The notes beneath the pieces are model-generated. The model was not told the DNA's origin and did not search any database. It saw only the letters and a list, made by a program, of their open reading frames with translations. The position numbers were made by a program, and so were the translations under genes. Positions 12,867 to 26,036 of a stretch of 64,000 nt of DNA are shown piece by piece (the stretch's first letter is position 1; the number at the start of each line of letters is the position of its first letter). Source of the DNA: Xylographa opegraphella (lineage: Eukaryota); NCBI GenBank assembly GCA_022813865.1, contig JALDZX010000005.1, positions 186,001-250,000 on the forward strand, in the 5' to 3' direction.

Positions 12867-13827
12867 ATCGAGAAGGTAAAAGTGGTGCTACCTATTTAAC
12901 AGCTACCGGTTGTAGAGACCACCGTGGACCACTTGATACAATACGCAATAAAGCGTCCGAAACTAATACAGAAACAGCGCATCAAGACGATTGAAATGGA
13001 GATCTAGGCTAGTAATTAAGCATTCCGCAAAACTACAACGCTGCCGCAGCATAGAGTTCAGAATAGGTAAACGAAGAAGTCTTATATCATAATGCTGATC
13101 GATGGATGTGAAGTAACCTAATGAAAGTGAGCGGTGGAGTTGCAAAGCGCTTCATAGGATATCGAGGCGGAAAGTAATATATATCAGCAACATTGCTACG
13201 ACATGCTCTACCGGGATCAGGGACCGAAGATCTCATATTCGACGTCAGCATTTAATGGCGTACTTCCATGAAGAGCTTGTGGAGCACAACAAAGGCGAGG
13301 ATCTTTCCCATGCTGTTGAACTAGTAATCATCTCTAAGGCTTGGCGACGTATTTTGCCTAGCTGAAAAAAAACACTTAGTCCAAGTTTCTGGCGCGTATT
13401 CGCAGCGCGTGTATTCTCTGGTTGTGCAAAGGGACACGGGCCGAGGGGGCCTTACGCAAAGTAGAAGCACAATCCCCACATTACTGAGACCTTACAAGCA
13501 GTGATTCTATTGGTATCGACCTACTGAGCAGCTTGGTTACCGGTGTAGGTTGAGAGGCCACTGTATTTATTAGATAATCTATGTCATGCTGACTCGATCT
13601 TCTTTCGAGGATAGCTCCCCACATATGTTGTCATTTGTTCATACTGGGCTGGATGATGTCCTAATTGGAAAGCACGGCATTCCGACTGAACGGAATTCTG
13701 TGTACAGGTCGCAGACTAAATGACTATGAAATCATACCCTATAGCACCTGCCATCGACAGGAGGCGGGTGTGTAACGGAACAGACCAGCATATCACGAAG
13801 AAATTTCAGACGATCTTACATGCCAAT

Positions 13828-14615
13828 CTACCACGGAGGATTCAACCCGTCGTTCTTTTCCCAACCAGGTACGTGGATATCAATAAACTTGCCATTATCC
13901 ATATTGCTAGACTGGTGGATAGTTTCCAGAACTGCCTTGGCGCCGTTCTCCGCAGGCAAATCGGCATTGGATCCCCCGAGATCAGCCTGTAACCACTGCA
14001 GGACTGTCAGCAAAAGAATCATATCCGGTTGCCAACAGGTTTGTAAACCTCCGCCTTGCTGACTGAACGCAAGGTCGACGACCTGTGCAAAGGTGTCAAT
14101 CATCAACTGTCATATCGACATCACATAAGTCGTACATCTTGGCCACTTTCTTTTGTGTCCTTGTGCGCAAGAGTGGCAGGAACGCGCTCGTCACGATAGG
14201 GGCACTCGTGATGTTACTATTGAGCCAGAAGTTCAGACCACTCCTATTCGACAGTTTAGCTTGAGGACTTCGATAACAAAAGGGAGGTTGAGAACATGAT
14301 TATATCGTCAAGATTCCGTCAGGGCTATAATCCACGACCCTGGCATTGTTGACCAAAACATCGAGACCCTTCTGGCCGGAATCAGATCCACCTCAACGGC
14401 TGCTTTCCATGCATTCTTTTCGTCTGTAGCATTGAGCCGGACGTGCACAACGCGCGAGGAGAACAGCTCGACGAGTTTCTATACCTCAGCGGAAATCTCA
14501 CTACGTTTAGTTTACGAAGATTATTACAACCTCTTCATCGGGCAAGGAGGCAAATTGAGCCACCAGGTGAAGACCTAGGCCGCCGGACGAATTCTGTCAG
14601 TAGATAATCCGCCAT
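13828..14615 (-). pseudogene. Decayed short-chain dehydrogenase/reductase (C-factor-like SDR)
   Basis: Frameshifted and stop-broken remnants: MADYLLT/SSGGLGL (TGxxxGxG), GLDVLVNNA, VTSAFLPLLRTRTQKKVA, WLQADLGGSNADLPAENGAKAV..NGKFIDIHVPGWE..NPPW*. Confidence 0.8.
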
Positions 14616-15545
14616 GACGGGTAAGTAGTAGAGAGCTATAGATCCAGGACTTCGAGTCGAATTCCAAGACATCAAAACCGAGGCCAGCGGCAGCTGCTAC
14701 TAAGTATCCGAAGCGGCATACAGAAAGCCAACCCGAATGACCAAGCCAGCCAGGTCTCAGAACATCCAACAGATAACCAAACCTGTGGGCGATATCGTCC
14801 TTGTAATCTGAAGACCACTCTCGAATTTTCGATAGCGCCGTATACCATAAGAAACCATTGTGCCTTGAGATAGAAAGCAGCTCGTCCGAGATAGATTACC
14901 GACGTTGCACACGATGGCGTCCATCACGCACCACCACTGCTTGTCATGCAGGGACAAACCGCCTCACTCTGCTGAGCGGATACACTACAGTATTTTAAAA
15001 GGACAAGGCCGTAGCCATCATCTTTTCGCCGCACAGTTGCAGCACTACTCACTCATACACACACACACACATCACCCCAAAGCCCTCCCATGAATAAAGG
15101 GTGGTCCATTTACAGCACGAAAACTAATAAAACGGTTTACATCCAACCCCCTTCCCCCCCCAATTCGCCAACAAGACCGCGAATACAGATTCTATCCACG
15201 CGAGACGACGAACCGCATCTTTTCGAGCGAGTTCCCGTTCATGGTGTACAGTGACCTAACGAACCTAACCAAGCAATCAATGAACCAGCCGGACCGACAG
15301 CAGGGTATCTTTTATCGCGCAGATGCACCGGGACCGTCCACCCCCCCCAAAACGCCGCTCGTATATGCCTGTCCATTTGCGCACTTGACATCCGTCCCCC
15401 CGAGGCGCGACTCGAGCGCCCTGCTCCAACAGCACCGGTGAGCCGCGAACACGGGAGCTTCGACCTCCACGCCGGGTCGTCATAAAGCGGCAGTGTTCCC
15501 CCCCCCCCAAGAACGAAACGCGGCGCTCGTTGTAGCAGCAAAAAT

Positions 15546-17119
15546 TCAGAGTCCGACGGCCAGACACTCGTCGAGCAGGGCGTTGAGCTGCATCCGATCG
15601 GCCGCGCTGCCGCCCTCCCAGCCCCAGGATTCGTCCTCGTCATCCATCTCATCGTCCAGTGCTCCATTCTTCCCATGTATGCCATTAACGCCATTAATGC
15701 CATTCCCGTTGATATGCGCGAGCCGCTCCCGCCTCTGTTCCTCCTCCATTTTCTCGGCCTCTTCGTCATCTCGCTTCCGCTTCTGGTACTCTTCCCATTG
15801 TCCCTCAGGATTTCCATTCATGACCTTCCCTACTATGACTGGAAACTGCCCCAACCCGCAATCGCCGAGCTCCAGCGCAAACCGTAGGTCGTGCATGCCG
15901 AGCGGTTTACGTGCTGCCGCCTCTTTTACTTCCACGGGCAGAAGACCACTGCCCGGGGCACGGACAAGTTCGCCTCGACTGGCGGCTGCTTCTTCCTTCC
16001 GAAGCTGCTTCTTGAATTTATGGGTCAAAATGCTCTTTACACTGCCACCGGGCATATTACTACGAGTACGTGTGTAGACGGTGGAAAGGACTTCCTTGAT
16101 GAAGTGTTCCGTTGCTGTTGCCATAAAGCTTGCACAAAGTGGGGCGCAGCCGTTGGGGATGGATTCCTCGTAGCAGATGGGCACCATGCGACCGTGTATA
16201 GTTTCAGCATCAGGAAATTCACCCGTTTCTGAAGCGAGAGGTAGGGAGTAGCGTTTCCGGATCTCGAGATCCCAGTCTAGACACAAGTCAGTCAAGAGCG
16301 GTCTGAAGTGATTGGGGCAGCGGGCAGATATACTTGTCTTGTTGAAACCGCTAGCACCTGTGGGAGCAGTGTCTGAGCTGCGAAACTGTTTGGCAAGCTG
16401 ATACTCAGCCATGGCGGCTATGGTGGGATCAGTCTGATCGCCCTATTGGAGGTGGTTGTGGTTAGTGAAAGAGTTTGAGTCACTGGATATTTTGCTTGAT
16501 TGGCAGTGTTGACACTTCAACGCGCCTTATCAGCACCTACTTCGGTAATTTCCTTAAGCCTCCTTCGATCTCTCGCGGGCAGCTGCATGACCTCAGCCTT
16601 GAGTCTCTGCTCTGCGGCATCACCAGATATCGGCTTCGGTAATGTCGTAGGCTTGTCATTCGCAGAAACCCAAGGCGCGACGCCCGCGTCTGGGGGATCT
16701 CGAGGGACATTGGCAAAGATTGCGGCTACTAGCTGATTGTGAAGGTGCTCAGTCGTGGGATCGGTCGTCAAGAAGTAGTCCGTTCGCAAAGATAGCTCGC
16801 TCTGGTTAAGCTGGCCTAGGAGAAACGTGACATATTAGCAACGAACTATATTTCCAGAAATCTCCTAGCATCGTAGTTTCATACCAAGTATGAATAGACT
16901 GATAGCTTCTTTGTACTCTGACCAATGGTCGCCGATTGCTGCCTTCAGGTTCGTGTACAGAGGCTCGAGGTCTATGCGCTGGACGGTGTTCGCAGTTTTC
17001 GCCGCCTTCTGCGTGGCGAGCATATTGATGCCATTGAGTTTTGAGGTCAAAGATGAAGGCGCGAGGGGCTGAACGAAGGAGTCTGATCGGGTTAAGGCCG
17101 CCGGGTCGATATCTGGCAT
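15546..17119 (-). CDS. HFI1: SAGA complex subunit Ada1/Hfi1 (SAGA-Tad1 domain), 4 exons
   Basis: [78 protein letters not shown]. Introns near 16817-16885, 16445-16526 and 16277-16333. Confidence 0.88.
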
Positions 17120-17587
17120 GCTGGACGGGGTGGTGCTCCACCGGGACACGCCTGGGACTTTACGGTCGTCGCCGACGCATCAGGTGGTCGTAGATACTCA
17201 GAAACGTATAGCTGCTATGAAAGAACTAAGATAGAATAAATTACAATTGGTAGAGATGGTAGATGATTTGGAGGCGTTCAATCGTTTAAGAGTGTGGTTG
17301 CGGTGATGCTCCGCAGCCCTATCCTTCGCCTTATGGGCTCTATGCTAAAGGTTTGCTTTCAAGCTGCGCTCGTTTGGACATCTCTACCACAGGAACTTCA
17401 CGAAATAAACAGACCCATAGCATAATTGTACAGCAGTATCCAGCTCATGGCTGAAATTGTTTCGAGTGCGACGCCTGTACAAGCATAACTATGGGTATCT
17501 TAAAGCAAAATGCATACGGCGCTCTTAGAATGCCAAAGCAACATGTGATGGCAAAGTTTCGGACAGCAAAGTCTATTGTTCAAGCCA

Positions 17588-20500
17588 TTACCGCAGCTTA
17601 AACAAGTCCTCGTCAAGAACTCCGAAGAGTGTTTCGATCTCTTTCCCAATCTCCTTGATTTCTTTTGAAATCTGTCCAGTGACCAAAGCTGCAGGCCATT
17701 TCATTAGCTTCGATTGGAACCTTGATAGAATACAACTCACCATAGGCATATAGCAACCCATAGTCTTCGTCAGTAGTACCCTTTGATACCTTAATATCTC
17801 GACGATACTTAAAGATTTTGGCGAGAAGCCTATCCCTAGCATGATCCGTGCTAGGAAAAGCATCATTGAACGGAAACTCGAGCTTCATTGACGAGGCCAA
17901 TACTGTCATATATCAGTGAGAATATCAAATTGAGACGGCCGAGTCTACCTTGAAACAGATGACTTATCCGAGAACATAGTTGTGCTCTTTCACCAACAGT
18001 ATATCGAAGCAGCTCCGCTTCCCCGTCTGAGGCCTGGAGATCCTTGTTGATAACGACGTTCATAGCATGGAACGCATCCAACATTCTGCTTGTACTTTTG
18101 AGCATTCGACCATATGCTGCATTCGGAAACGGGCCTCGAAGCTCAAACTCCGATGCTGCGGCTCCGCGCAGATTCTCTAATTGTGAGACAAAACGTTGGA
18201 GCTCGAACTCTTCACGAAGGCTCATATATGAAGTTGTTGACTCTCGATCAAGAAGCATAGCGAGAGGCTCGCGCTTCCAGATTAGGCCCATGCGTAACCA
18301 GAGTAAACTCAAGCCATCCTTGAACTTGCTTCTCGCACTTATCGGCCATACCAGCCGCGTCACGATGAGTCCCCAAAGACATCCAGATAAAACCGCAACC
18401 ACTCTGTGGATGGCGATTTCGATAATCATTGGATTGACGCCGCCCTCGTCGTCGTCGTCATCATCGTCCTTGACAGACAAAGAGTAGGCATATAGTGCGG
18501 ACAGATTGTATGTAAGCATAATGAATCGTCCCAAGGGTGCTTTCCCCGCTGCCACGATCAAGTAAGAAGTCCCCAATGACATTAGCCACCCAAAAGCGGC
18601 AAGGACGAAAGCGTTGCCTTGTGAAATTGTCCACGTTAGAACGGCGCATATCGCACCTAAACAAGTGCCAAAGAATCGTGAAAATCCGGTAGTGTTCGAA
18701 GCACCAATAGTCATCGAGCATACCAGCATGTACGATAACAGACCCCATTCCCCGCGCCATAGTTGATAGAATTCTCGAGTCGAAAAGAGGAAAGATGGAA
18801 GTGCAAACATTGCAGCACCCGCACCCACTTTGATACCGAACTTGATATCGTCGCGTCTAAAGACACGTAATGCCTTCCATAGGTGACCAATATAAGCACT
18901 CGATAAGGAGCGAGCTTTCTCGGATGTGTATTGTCCAAGGTGAGTACGGTCCAACGGGCTAAGCATCTCGCTAGGGACATCCATCTCACCGTTCGGGGCA
19001 ACCAAGCTATCTCTTTCTGATCACTGTCAGTTTGACGTCTTGCTTTTAAGGATTGAGCTCACCCGTGTCTCCAGTTTTACTTAGCTGCTCTATTGCTGCC
19101 GTGTCTCTCCAAAACTTCAGCCAATTCCATGATCGGTGTCGAGAAGTTCTTTCTGTCTCTTCCTTGAGATCATCAAGAATATCCAGATATACCCTCATCT
19201 CCTCAGCAAAGTCTTGTAACGAGAAACTAAAATGCCCGCAACTGGCAGCAACCTCCTCAAAGTCGGCTTCCAATTCCATCGGTCGTGCGGAGCCGGAATC
19301 CTTCTTACCATACAGTAATGCCAGCGCTTTGGTCCTAGCTTCACCATATAATCGAATGGCTTCGACTAGACTGGTATGAAAGTGAGTATTCACAGCAATC
19401 TTGAACCCTGGAGCGGGCCCATATGGCAGCTCGTCTAAGATTTGTTTCAGAGTGTATGCCAGGGATTTCTGGAACGTTGAATTAGTATTGCACTGCAAAG
19501 TTGCCGCAAATTAACAGGCATACCATAGACGGTCCGAGTTGGCTTATGAATCTGTCAAAGATTTCAATGGGAGATTGCACAGTTGGCAGATTGTCAACCT
19601 CTTCTCCAGTATTCTGTTGTTCAGTGTCAGACGAGTCTTCGGTCATGCCGTCCTCCTCAGGGTGCTCATGAATAGCAGTCAAGCCTCCACGATCCTCCCG
19701 ACTTGTCAGCCAGCTGTCTGCCAACGACATGTTGGTTGCAGCTACAGGTGTATAGATCGATGCTGATGGGGTCACTCCACCATAAGAAGGTGCCTGTGAC
19801 AAAAGGTCAAACTGAGTAGTTGCAGCGCAACGGAGCCCGCCGATGTCTTGTGCCATGCGTTGCATACACTTGACCAGCTTGGCTTCCAGCTGATATTCGG
19901 ATTCCGTTCCGAATACGTAATGTTCAAACTTCGATTCCCGCAGGTTTTTCGTCAGGTTAGCGAAGACACTGCGGTAACGATCGGACGCAGCAATGAATGC
20001 TCGATGTTCTAGATCTTCCTCGTTACCCAGCAGGAAGCTCCTTGTGATCATTGTGAGCATATCCCCGAACGAATCCGTGACGTCAATCATGTTTTGCCTC
20101 AACTCCTTCCGGGCAGAAATCGGTCTGATCAAGAAACATACCGCCATCGCCGCAGTAACTCCCATTATAATCATATACATAACTTGCTCTACCTTGTCAT
20201 CCGAATATTCCACAGCTTGAACAGCACCTTCCTTTGTCAAAACCGTAATAAGAGCCAGCGAGGTCAAAGAGCATGCAACATTGACGAGCGGATTAGCAAG
20301 CCGTTGCTTAACCCATCCGACGAAACCCAGACTGCCGCCACAGAAAACTATCAAGACTATCGTATGACCCAGTACCATAAGATCGAATGTACGGCCAAAG
20401 AGGATGGAAACACCCATACTTGAGAAGCTGATGACTGCTGCGTATATGAAGGCCAAGATAGCAAGTCCTACGGCTTCGAACATGCTGCCTTGGGATCGAG

Positions 20501-20998
20501 CCGGATGGAAATAAACGGTAACGGTAGCGACCATATGCTTTCCATCTTGCTGGCCTAGAAGGTCGGAGATCAAAGGCACGAAGGTGGCCATGCTCCCTAT
20601 CAGGTATGCCAAGCTGCATTTCAGAATACCCTGCCCAGTTTTTGAACTGGCAAAAGCCCACATTTTCCATATACGATCTTCGCAGTCCTGCTGTATCGCT
20701 CGAAATGTGCTTCTCCTGGGAAGCTGACGCCCCTGCGTCAGCAGAGGCGAGTAATCCGCTGGTCCATCTCCATTCGCAGCTTCCAACGCTGGTGATCGCA
20801 GCGTGACCGCGCGTCTGACCCGCTCGCCCGTTCGTGGAGCAATGAAAGTAGCCTGTCGCAACTGTGGAAGCCATGTCAGCATAAACAGAAAAGGTATCAA
20901 GCCTGAGAGATGAAAGATATCCAATCTCGACTTACATTTGGTCTGAAAGACCGGCGAGTCTTGGGAAGCGCAATACCTCCATTTCCAGTGGCATTCAT
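17588..20998 (-). CDS. Aromatic-acid-exporter / fusaric acid resistance (FUSC, Bre4-like) membrane protein, multi-exon
   Basis: ILKCSLAYLIGS, VTVYFHPARSQGSM, WRGEWGLLSYMLVCSMTIGASN, RFFGTCLGA, RLVWPISAR and EFELRGPFP are joined by canonical introns. Probable ATG at 20998; ends LDEDLFKLR*. Confidence 0.85.
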
Positions 20999-21522
20999 CC
21001 TGGGTCAAACATATTCAACAAGTGTGCATGTGCTGGACAGTATGGAGTATGGCTGATACAAGCGAAGTTATTGCTCGCAATACCAATGGCTATAATGGAA
21101 ACCAATGATCGGTCATGAAGTTGGCGTTGGATTCCTTCCTAATCTGGTTCGCTGTCGCGTTATACTCACGTCACATCGGCGATGCCTCACCAAAGACAGA
21201 AAGAAGTGTGGCTGAGATCAGTATAACGGCACAACACTTTGAGCCAAACAGCTCTACCAACACATACGCCCCATAGTTATGTTTCTTTCCTACTTCTAAA
21301 GTGTATGCCCACATTGGCAGTTCTTGATCAGCCGAATAGCTCACGATAATCTAAGCTGCTAAGATATGGTCCTACGTACACGAGGAAGAAAGAGTACACA
21401 TGCTATACTAGCATTCTTTGACACTCAAGGCAATATCGTGAAATGATTTTCAAGATCCATCCTGCAATTGCTTAAGAACATTGTACGCACCCTCATACCT
21501 AAGACTCCATCCGCGACCCAAG

Positions 21523-23451
21523 TTATTTCATATTTCTCCTCTTCATTTCTGCAAACACCAAGTCCTTTAGCAATTGCACAGCCGCCCAAATCCCTTGTAC
21601 AACATCCCTTTCTGTGCGTTTCTCTTCGAAGTCGTGAACATCGCCAATGAGACCCTCCGGATCATCAGCATACTGGCTATGGACTGAGCGACCCTCGAAA
21701 TCTTGTTTTATATTCGAACCGAAGTCCAGCAGTGTACCAAACCCTTTATTTCTGAGGACATCCTCGTGCCACTTCCTTATCTCGCTGATCATCCTACATT
21801 TCAGTCCCTGTAGAGAATTGGAACCTAGACTCTCAATTTCGTCGACACTAAGTATCGCATCTGGGACCTGTTCTGGGTCATCAAAGCTCTGCACAGGAGG
21901 GTCGAAAGTCAGGGATGCTTGTAGCCCAAGAGGATACAAGTAGAATTGTAGAGCGTGAAACTGGATTCGCACATGGGCTGGAGGGTGAAATGCAGGCTGG
22001 CGAGGAAGACGGATATAGGCAGGAAAGGGCTCGAGGAGTGGTTCGAAGTGCATAGTGACGGTAGGATACGGGATTCTTGGGGTAATTGTTTGAGAGTGTT
22101 CTGAAAGTGACGTCCAGGCAGAGTCGTATCGCGCGAGGTCGTTCTTAGCTTGGCTGACAACATCAGCCGTAAGTCGAGGCATAGCTGTTTGGCCGTCACG
22201 GCCACCAAAATAATGATGCCTAGAGTAGCGATGGTAATAGCTACCAGGAAACACTCCGGGCTCATTGTCGCTTTTCGAAGCTTCATGCAGTAGATCTTCC
22301 TCTCTTGGCTGTTCTGTCCGTTTTCCATTAGGACCCCATGGATATTGTGTATCTGGTCGCCAGGTATCGTCACTATCGTTCGCGTCAATTATTTCACCCA
22401 ATGAGTACCAGCTCTGGCTGTGTTCTGGGTCGTGCAAATGGTATTTCTGCATATTTCGAAACTCCCGTTTCTCGATTTCGAGAGCTCTCTTCGCGCGATG
22501 AAGGATTCTTAGACAGTGTCGAATACGGCAACGTTGTCTACGTAAGGACGCAGCAATAATACTGAATACGTGCCATTGCTGCTTGAAGAAATCCCCATGT
22601 TGACTGTCCGTGGCCTTTGGTGTCGGAAAAGTCGCATGGAAATTCAAGGGACCATGATCAATAGGCGACTCATCTGTTGCACTGACATATATTGATTCAG
22701 GTAAATCTATATCGGGATTGTTGTTGTCTCTGTAATCTGTCAAGTCCGGGACTTTTGCACGATTTGGTAGGTGCTGGAAGAACTGGCTGCTGGAATAATC
22801 ATAGAGATTCGGGCCCAGGGTGGCTGAGGCATAATTCTCAGACACAGGAAGATCAGTGCACCAGGAATGATGGTACTCTGATGTATAATTATCTTCCAGC
22901 GAAGGAAAACCTCTGTCTCGAAGTCCTCTATACCTCAGACCTCGTACTGGCAAGCTTGCTGGAGTGCACGGTATAGCATAATCTCCTGGGTATACGGTAC
23001 CAGGCAGCATCGTCTCATTGTTCCGGACAATCTGACTCTGATCGGCATGTGCTTCGAAGTCTCCCATCCAATCGTTTCGCTCATCGTCATGAATGCCGCC
23101 TTGGAAAGATGGACATGGTTCCCATCTTGACAGCAGGTAATTGAGTCGTTCATTTCTCGATCCGCTACCAAACTTGCGACTTCCGCTGTGTCCATAGTGC
23201 TGGTAATCATATGCATCGTAGTGGTCGTCAGTGACATTCATTGTAAAGTCGTCAGCAACGTTCCAGAAATGCATTCCGGACCACTTGTATCTGTTGTCAA
23301 CTTCTCCACTTGATACGTAGGGCGGTCCGGCCCATCTTCGATTGTACATCGGACGGTATGGTACTCCATGGTGATGGTTAAAATCTTTCGCGCAAAACAA
23401 GGGCTGCATGATATTGGTCAATTCCTCGACTGGGTATGAGTAGAAGGTCAT
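21523..23451 (-). CDS. Hypothetical protein, 642 aa, with a degenerate 'IPWP...RWHPD'-type C-terminal domain
   Basis: Long single-exon ORF; start codon uncertain. C-terminus reads YDSAWTSL..IPYPT..EIRKWHEDVL..VQGIWAAV. Confidence 0.65.
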   Translation of the reverse strand: MTFYSYPVEELTNIMQPLFCAKDFNHHHGVPYRPMYNRRWAGPPYVSSGEVDNRYKWSGMHFWNVADDFTMNVTDDHYDAYDYQHYGHSGSRKFGSGSRNERLNYLLSRWEPCPSFQGGIHDDERNDWMGDFEAHADQSQIVRNNETMLPGTVYPGDYAIPCTPASLPVRGLRYRGLRDRGFPSLEDNYTSEYHHSWCTDLPVSENYASATLGPNLYDYSSSQFFQHLPNRAKVPDLTDYRDNNNPDIDLPESIYVSATDESPIDHGPLNFHATFPTPKATDSQHGDFFKQQWHVFSIIAASLRRQRCRIRHCLRILHRAKRALEIEKREFRNMQKYHLHDPEHSQSWYSLGEIIDANDSDDTWRPDTQYPWGPNGKRTEQPREEDLLHEASKSDNEPGVFPGSYYHRYSRHHYFGGRDGQTAMPRLTADVVSQAKNDLARYDSAWTSLSEHSQTITPRIPYPTVTMHFEPLLEPFPAYIRLPRQPAFHPPAHVRIQFHALQFYLYPLGLQASLTFDPPVQSFDDPEQVPDAILSVDEIESLGSNSLQGLKCRMISEIRKWHEDVLRNKGFGTLLDFGSNIKQDFEGRSVHSQYADDPEGLIGDVHDFEEKRTERDVVQGIWAAVQLLKDLVFAEMKRRNMK

Positions 23452-23844
23452 TTACAGCATTCAGTATAAAGCAATACCATTTAAGCAGACGGACAGAACG
23501 GTCAATAAATAGGACAAACAAACACGTAGCATAACGATTTCGATAACACAAACCGTTGTAACGTGTGCTATCATGCAAACACGAACGTACAGTGTAATTG
23601 ATTGGATCATTGCTCTGGTCTCATATGCAAACACCCGCGCCATCCCACCCAGCCACGAAATCAAATGAGCCTTACAAAGAGCACTCCTCTGGTAGCCCCA
23701 TTTAACCATAGATAGTCAGCTCAGTACTTGAAAGTGACGAAGCCCTTTAATTAATTAGCGTCTTATTCACACCACGTACGAAAGACAAGTCAGGAAGAAA
23801 GTGCCCACAAATTCTCGATAATTCAGGCATGACCGGCGAACATG

Positions 23845-26036
23845 CTAGATGTTGGCACTGTCGCCTTCACCCATAGGTTCTGTGCCATGGAAGGCATCAC
23901 CGAACGCAGAATCCTCGAGTACAAGTCCCATGTGCTCATCATTATCGACCCCTCCTCCATTGACTTCATAGCCTGCCAGCGCATCGCCGGCCGTGTCCAG
24001 ATTGCCAAAATCAACCGTGTCATCAAACTCGGTACCATCAAATCCCGCGGTTGATATACCTGGGACACCAGGGGTGAAGTCAGGTAAAGCTGTGGCCAGC
24101 TTGTCTAAATCTGGTTCTCCAATTGCAGTGCCGTTTGGGTGGCCTAGCTCGTCGCCTCCCTCCAAAGTGGCTGTATTTCCATCGTCTCCTTGCCTATCAA
24201 CCATGACCCAGTCATTAGAGTCTCCGACATGAGCTTGCGGTTCAAAGTTCGAAGGCGGCTCTGACATTTCAATATTGTTTTCCGGGCGATTCGAAGCTTC
24301 CAGCATATCAGCTGTTCCTGAAGGAGGATCATGTTCACCCTGCAACCAATCTACCTTCCCATCAAACTCTGAAAAGGCCGCCAGACTGTCTGTTTCAAGT
24401 GCTTCTGCCGGCACATCATGCTGTCCAGCAGCCGGAGCTGGAGGTGCCTCGTCGTTGCGTTTTGGAAGCGATGCGACTTTCTCTTCCAGTCCACCTTTCT
24501 GCACGCATTGGAGATCATGCACGGCTTCTATTCTCCTTTTAATAGCATGCTCTACCTCGACAGCAACTTCGTCGATTCTTTCTTGTTGGCGAAGTGTCGC
24601 GGCGGTTTTGTCGAATTCAGTGATGGGAATAGTTTGATTTCTGGTCTCTGCAGGGACCACCAGGCTGCGTAAGTGTTGCTCCGCATCTTTGACAATACTG
24701 CCTTTCCCAAGTCTTGACATCCTTTTCGCATGCAGTCGTCTGATCTTCTCCATTTCTGCGCCAATCTCTGCTACCCTTGCAGTAGCCCGCCGTACAAACT
24801 CCTCAGCTCTACCCTCTTCAAGACTAGTAGCGGGTGGAAGAGCCTTGTCGATTGACCTGGGTGTAGGACCAACAGGCGCTTCAAAAAATCCACGTGTCAG
24901 AGATTCAATTTCACCCTTCCTTCCGAGTCCCAAATCAACGGGCATGATCTGTCCAGTAGCATATGGTGAATCCAAAATCTCTGACATCCACTCGTGGTGT
25001 TGCTTGTATCGTGCGGTACTGATGTCCCTCGGAGTGATGAGATCCAAATAATCGCCAAGGTCATAATCATCCTCTCCTTGGATCTCAGGGTCAAGACCAG
25101 CCACACTGGCTGCATAGGAATTATTTGATCCGGGCCGCGGATTGGATGGTGCGGCTCGTACTCGTTTTGTAGGCGAAGGCCCTATACCCTGATACATAGC
25201 CGACGGATGAGAGTTGGACATGTGTGCTGGATGAGCAGCTCTGTTCATGTGCATTTCCTGCATCACGTTTCCAGGGTAACCGGGTACTTGCTGTATGTAA
25301 TGAGGCATGTGTGCTTGTGGTGCATTGATCCTTGGCCAGTTGTTACGGTCCTTCAGCATGAAATCCTTGCGAATCAATTGCCCCTGCTGCTGAAGATACC
25401 TCCTTTGAGCCACAATCGCTTGCTGCTCGCTGTTCAAATGAAGTCGGTCCACAGGATAGTGATCTTGCCGTTCCGCCTGTGAATAATGAACAACCCATAA
25501 CGAGGGATCACAGGGAGGAAGATTCGGGTCAGCATTCGCGGTTGGTGTGAGTCGATAGCGGCGTCTACAGTGAGTAGATACGACCTCATCAGGTTTGTAG
25601 CCGCTTTTGTGGATATACATCTCCAGGCTCTGTTTCGAGCGAGTAAGCAAACGGCCCATTCTTATGAGCCGGAGTGATTCTTACGTATCCCCTGTAATCC
25701 TGCTTGAATAATGCCTCCATATCGGCCCATATATAGCCGTCACTCGCGAATCTGTGACCGAGTTTTGCCTCTGGCTGCCAGACCAGCAGCTCCGTTCCGT
25801 CTCGAGGCGCGTCAAGGTATCTCCAGGTCATGGCTGAGACTTCTGCTACAATCTTGGGTGCTTGGAGTAGATGTTCCACCGTGGTCTCGATGCTGAGTCT
25901 CGATGTAGTGGCCCATTGGTACGTAGACACGAGGTGAATGTGTGGAAGCTATCTGATTAGCAGGTGTCACGCAGGAATCATTCGGAAGTACAAAACTCAC
26001 GAGATTTGGCGGGACGCCGTCACTGGGATCCTCCAT
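23845..26036 (-). CDS. SSR4: SWI/SNF and RSC complex subunit Ssr4 (DUF1750), 3 exons
   Basis: MEDPSDGVP, LLQAPKIV, FASDGYIWAD, HCRRRYRL, DPSLWVVHYS, TPRDISTARYKQHHEWMSEIL, PVDLGLGRKGE; acidic tail with LDTAGDALAGY. Confidence 0.85.
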
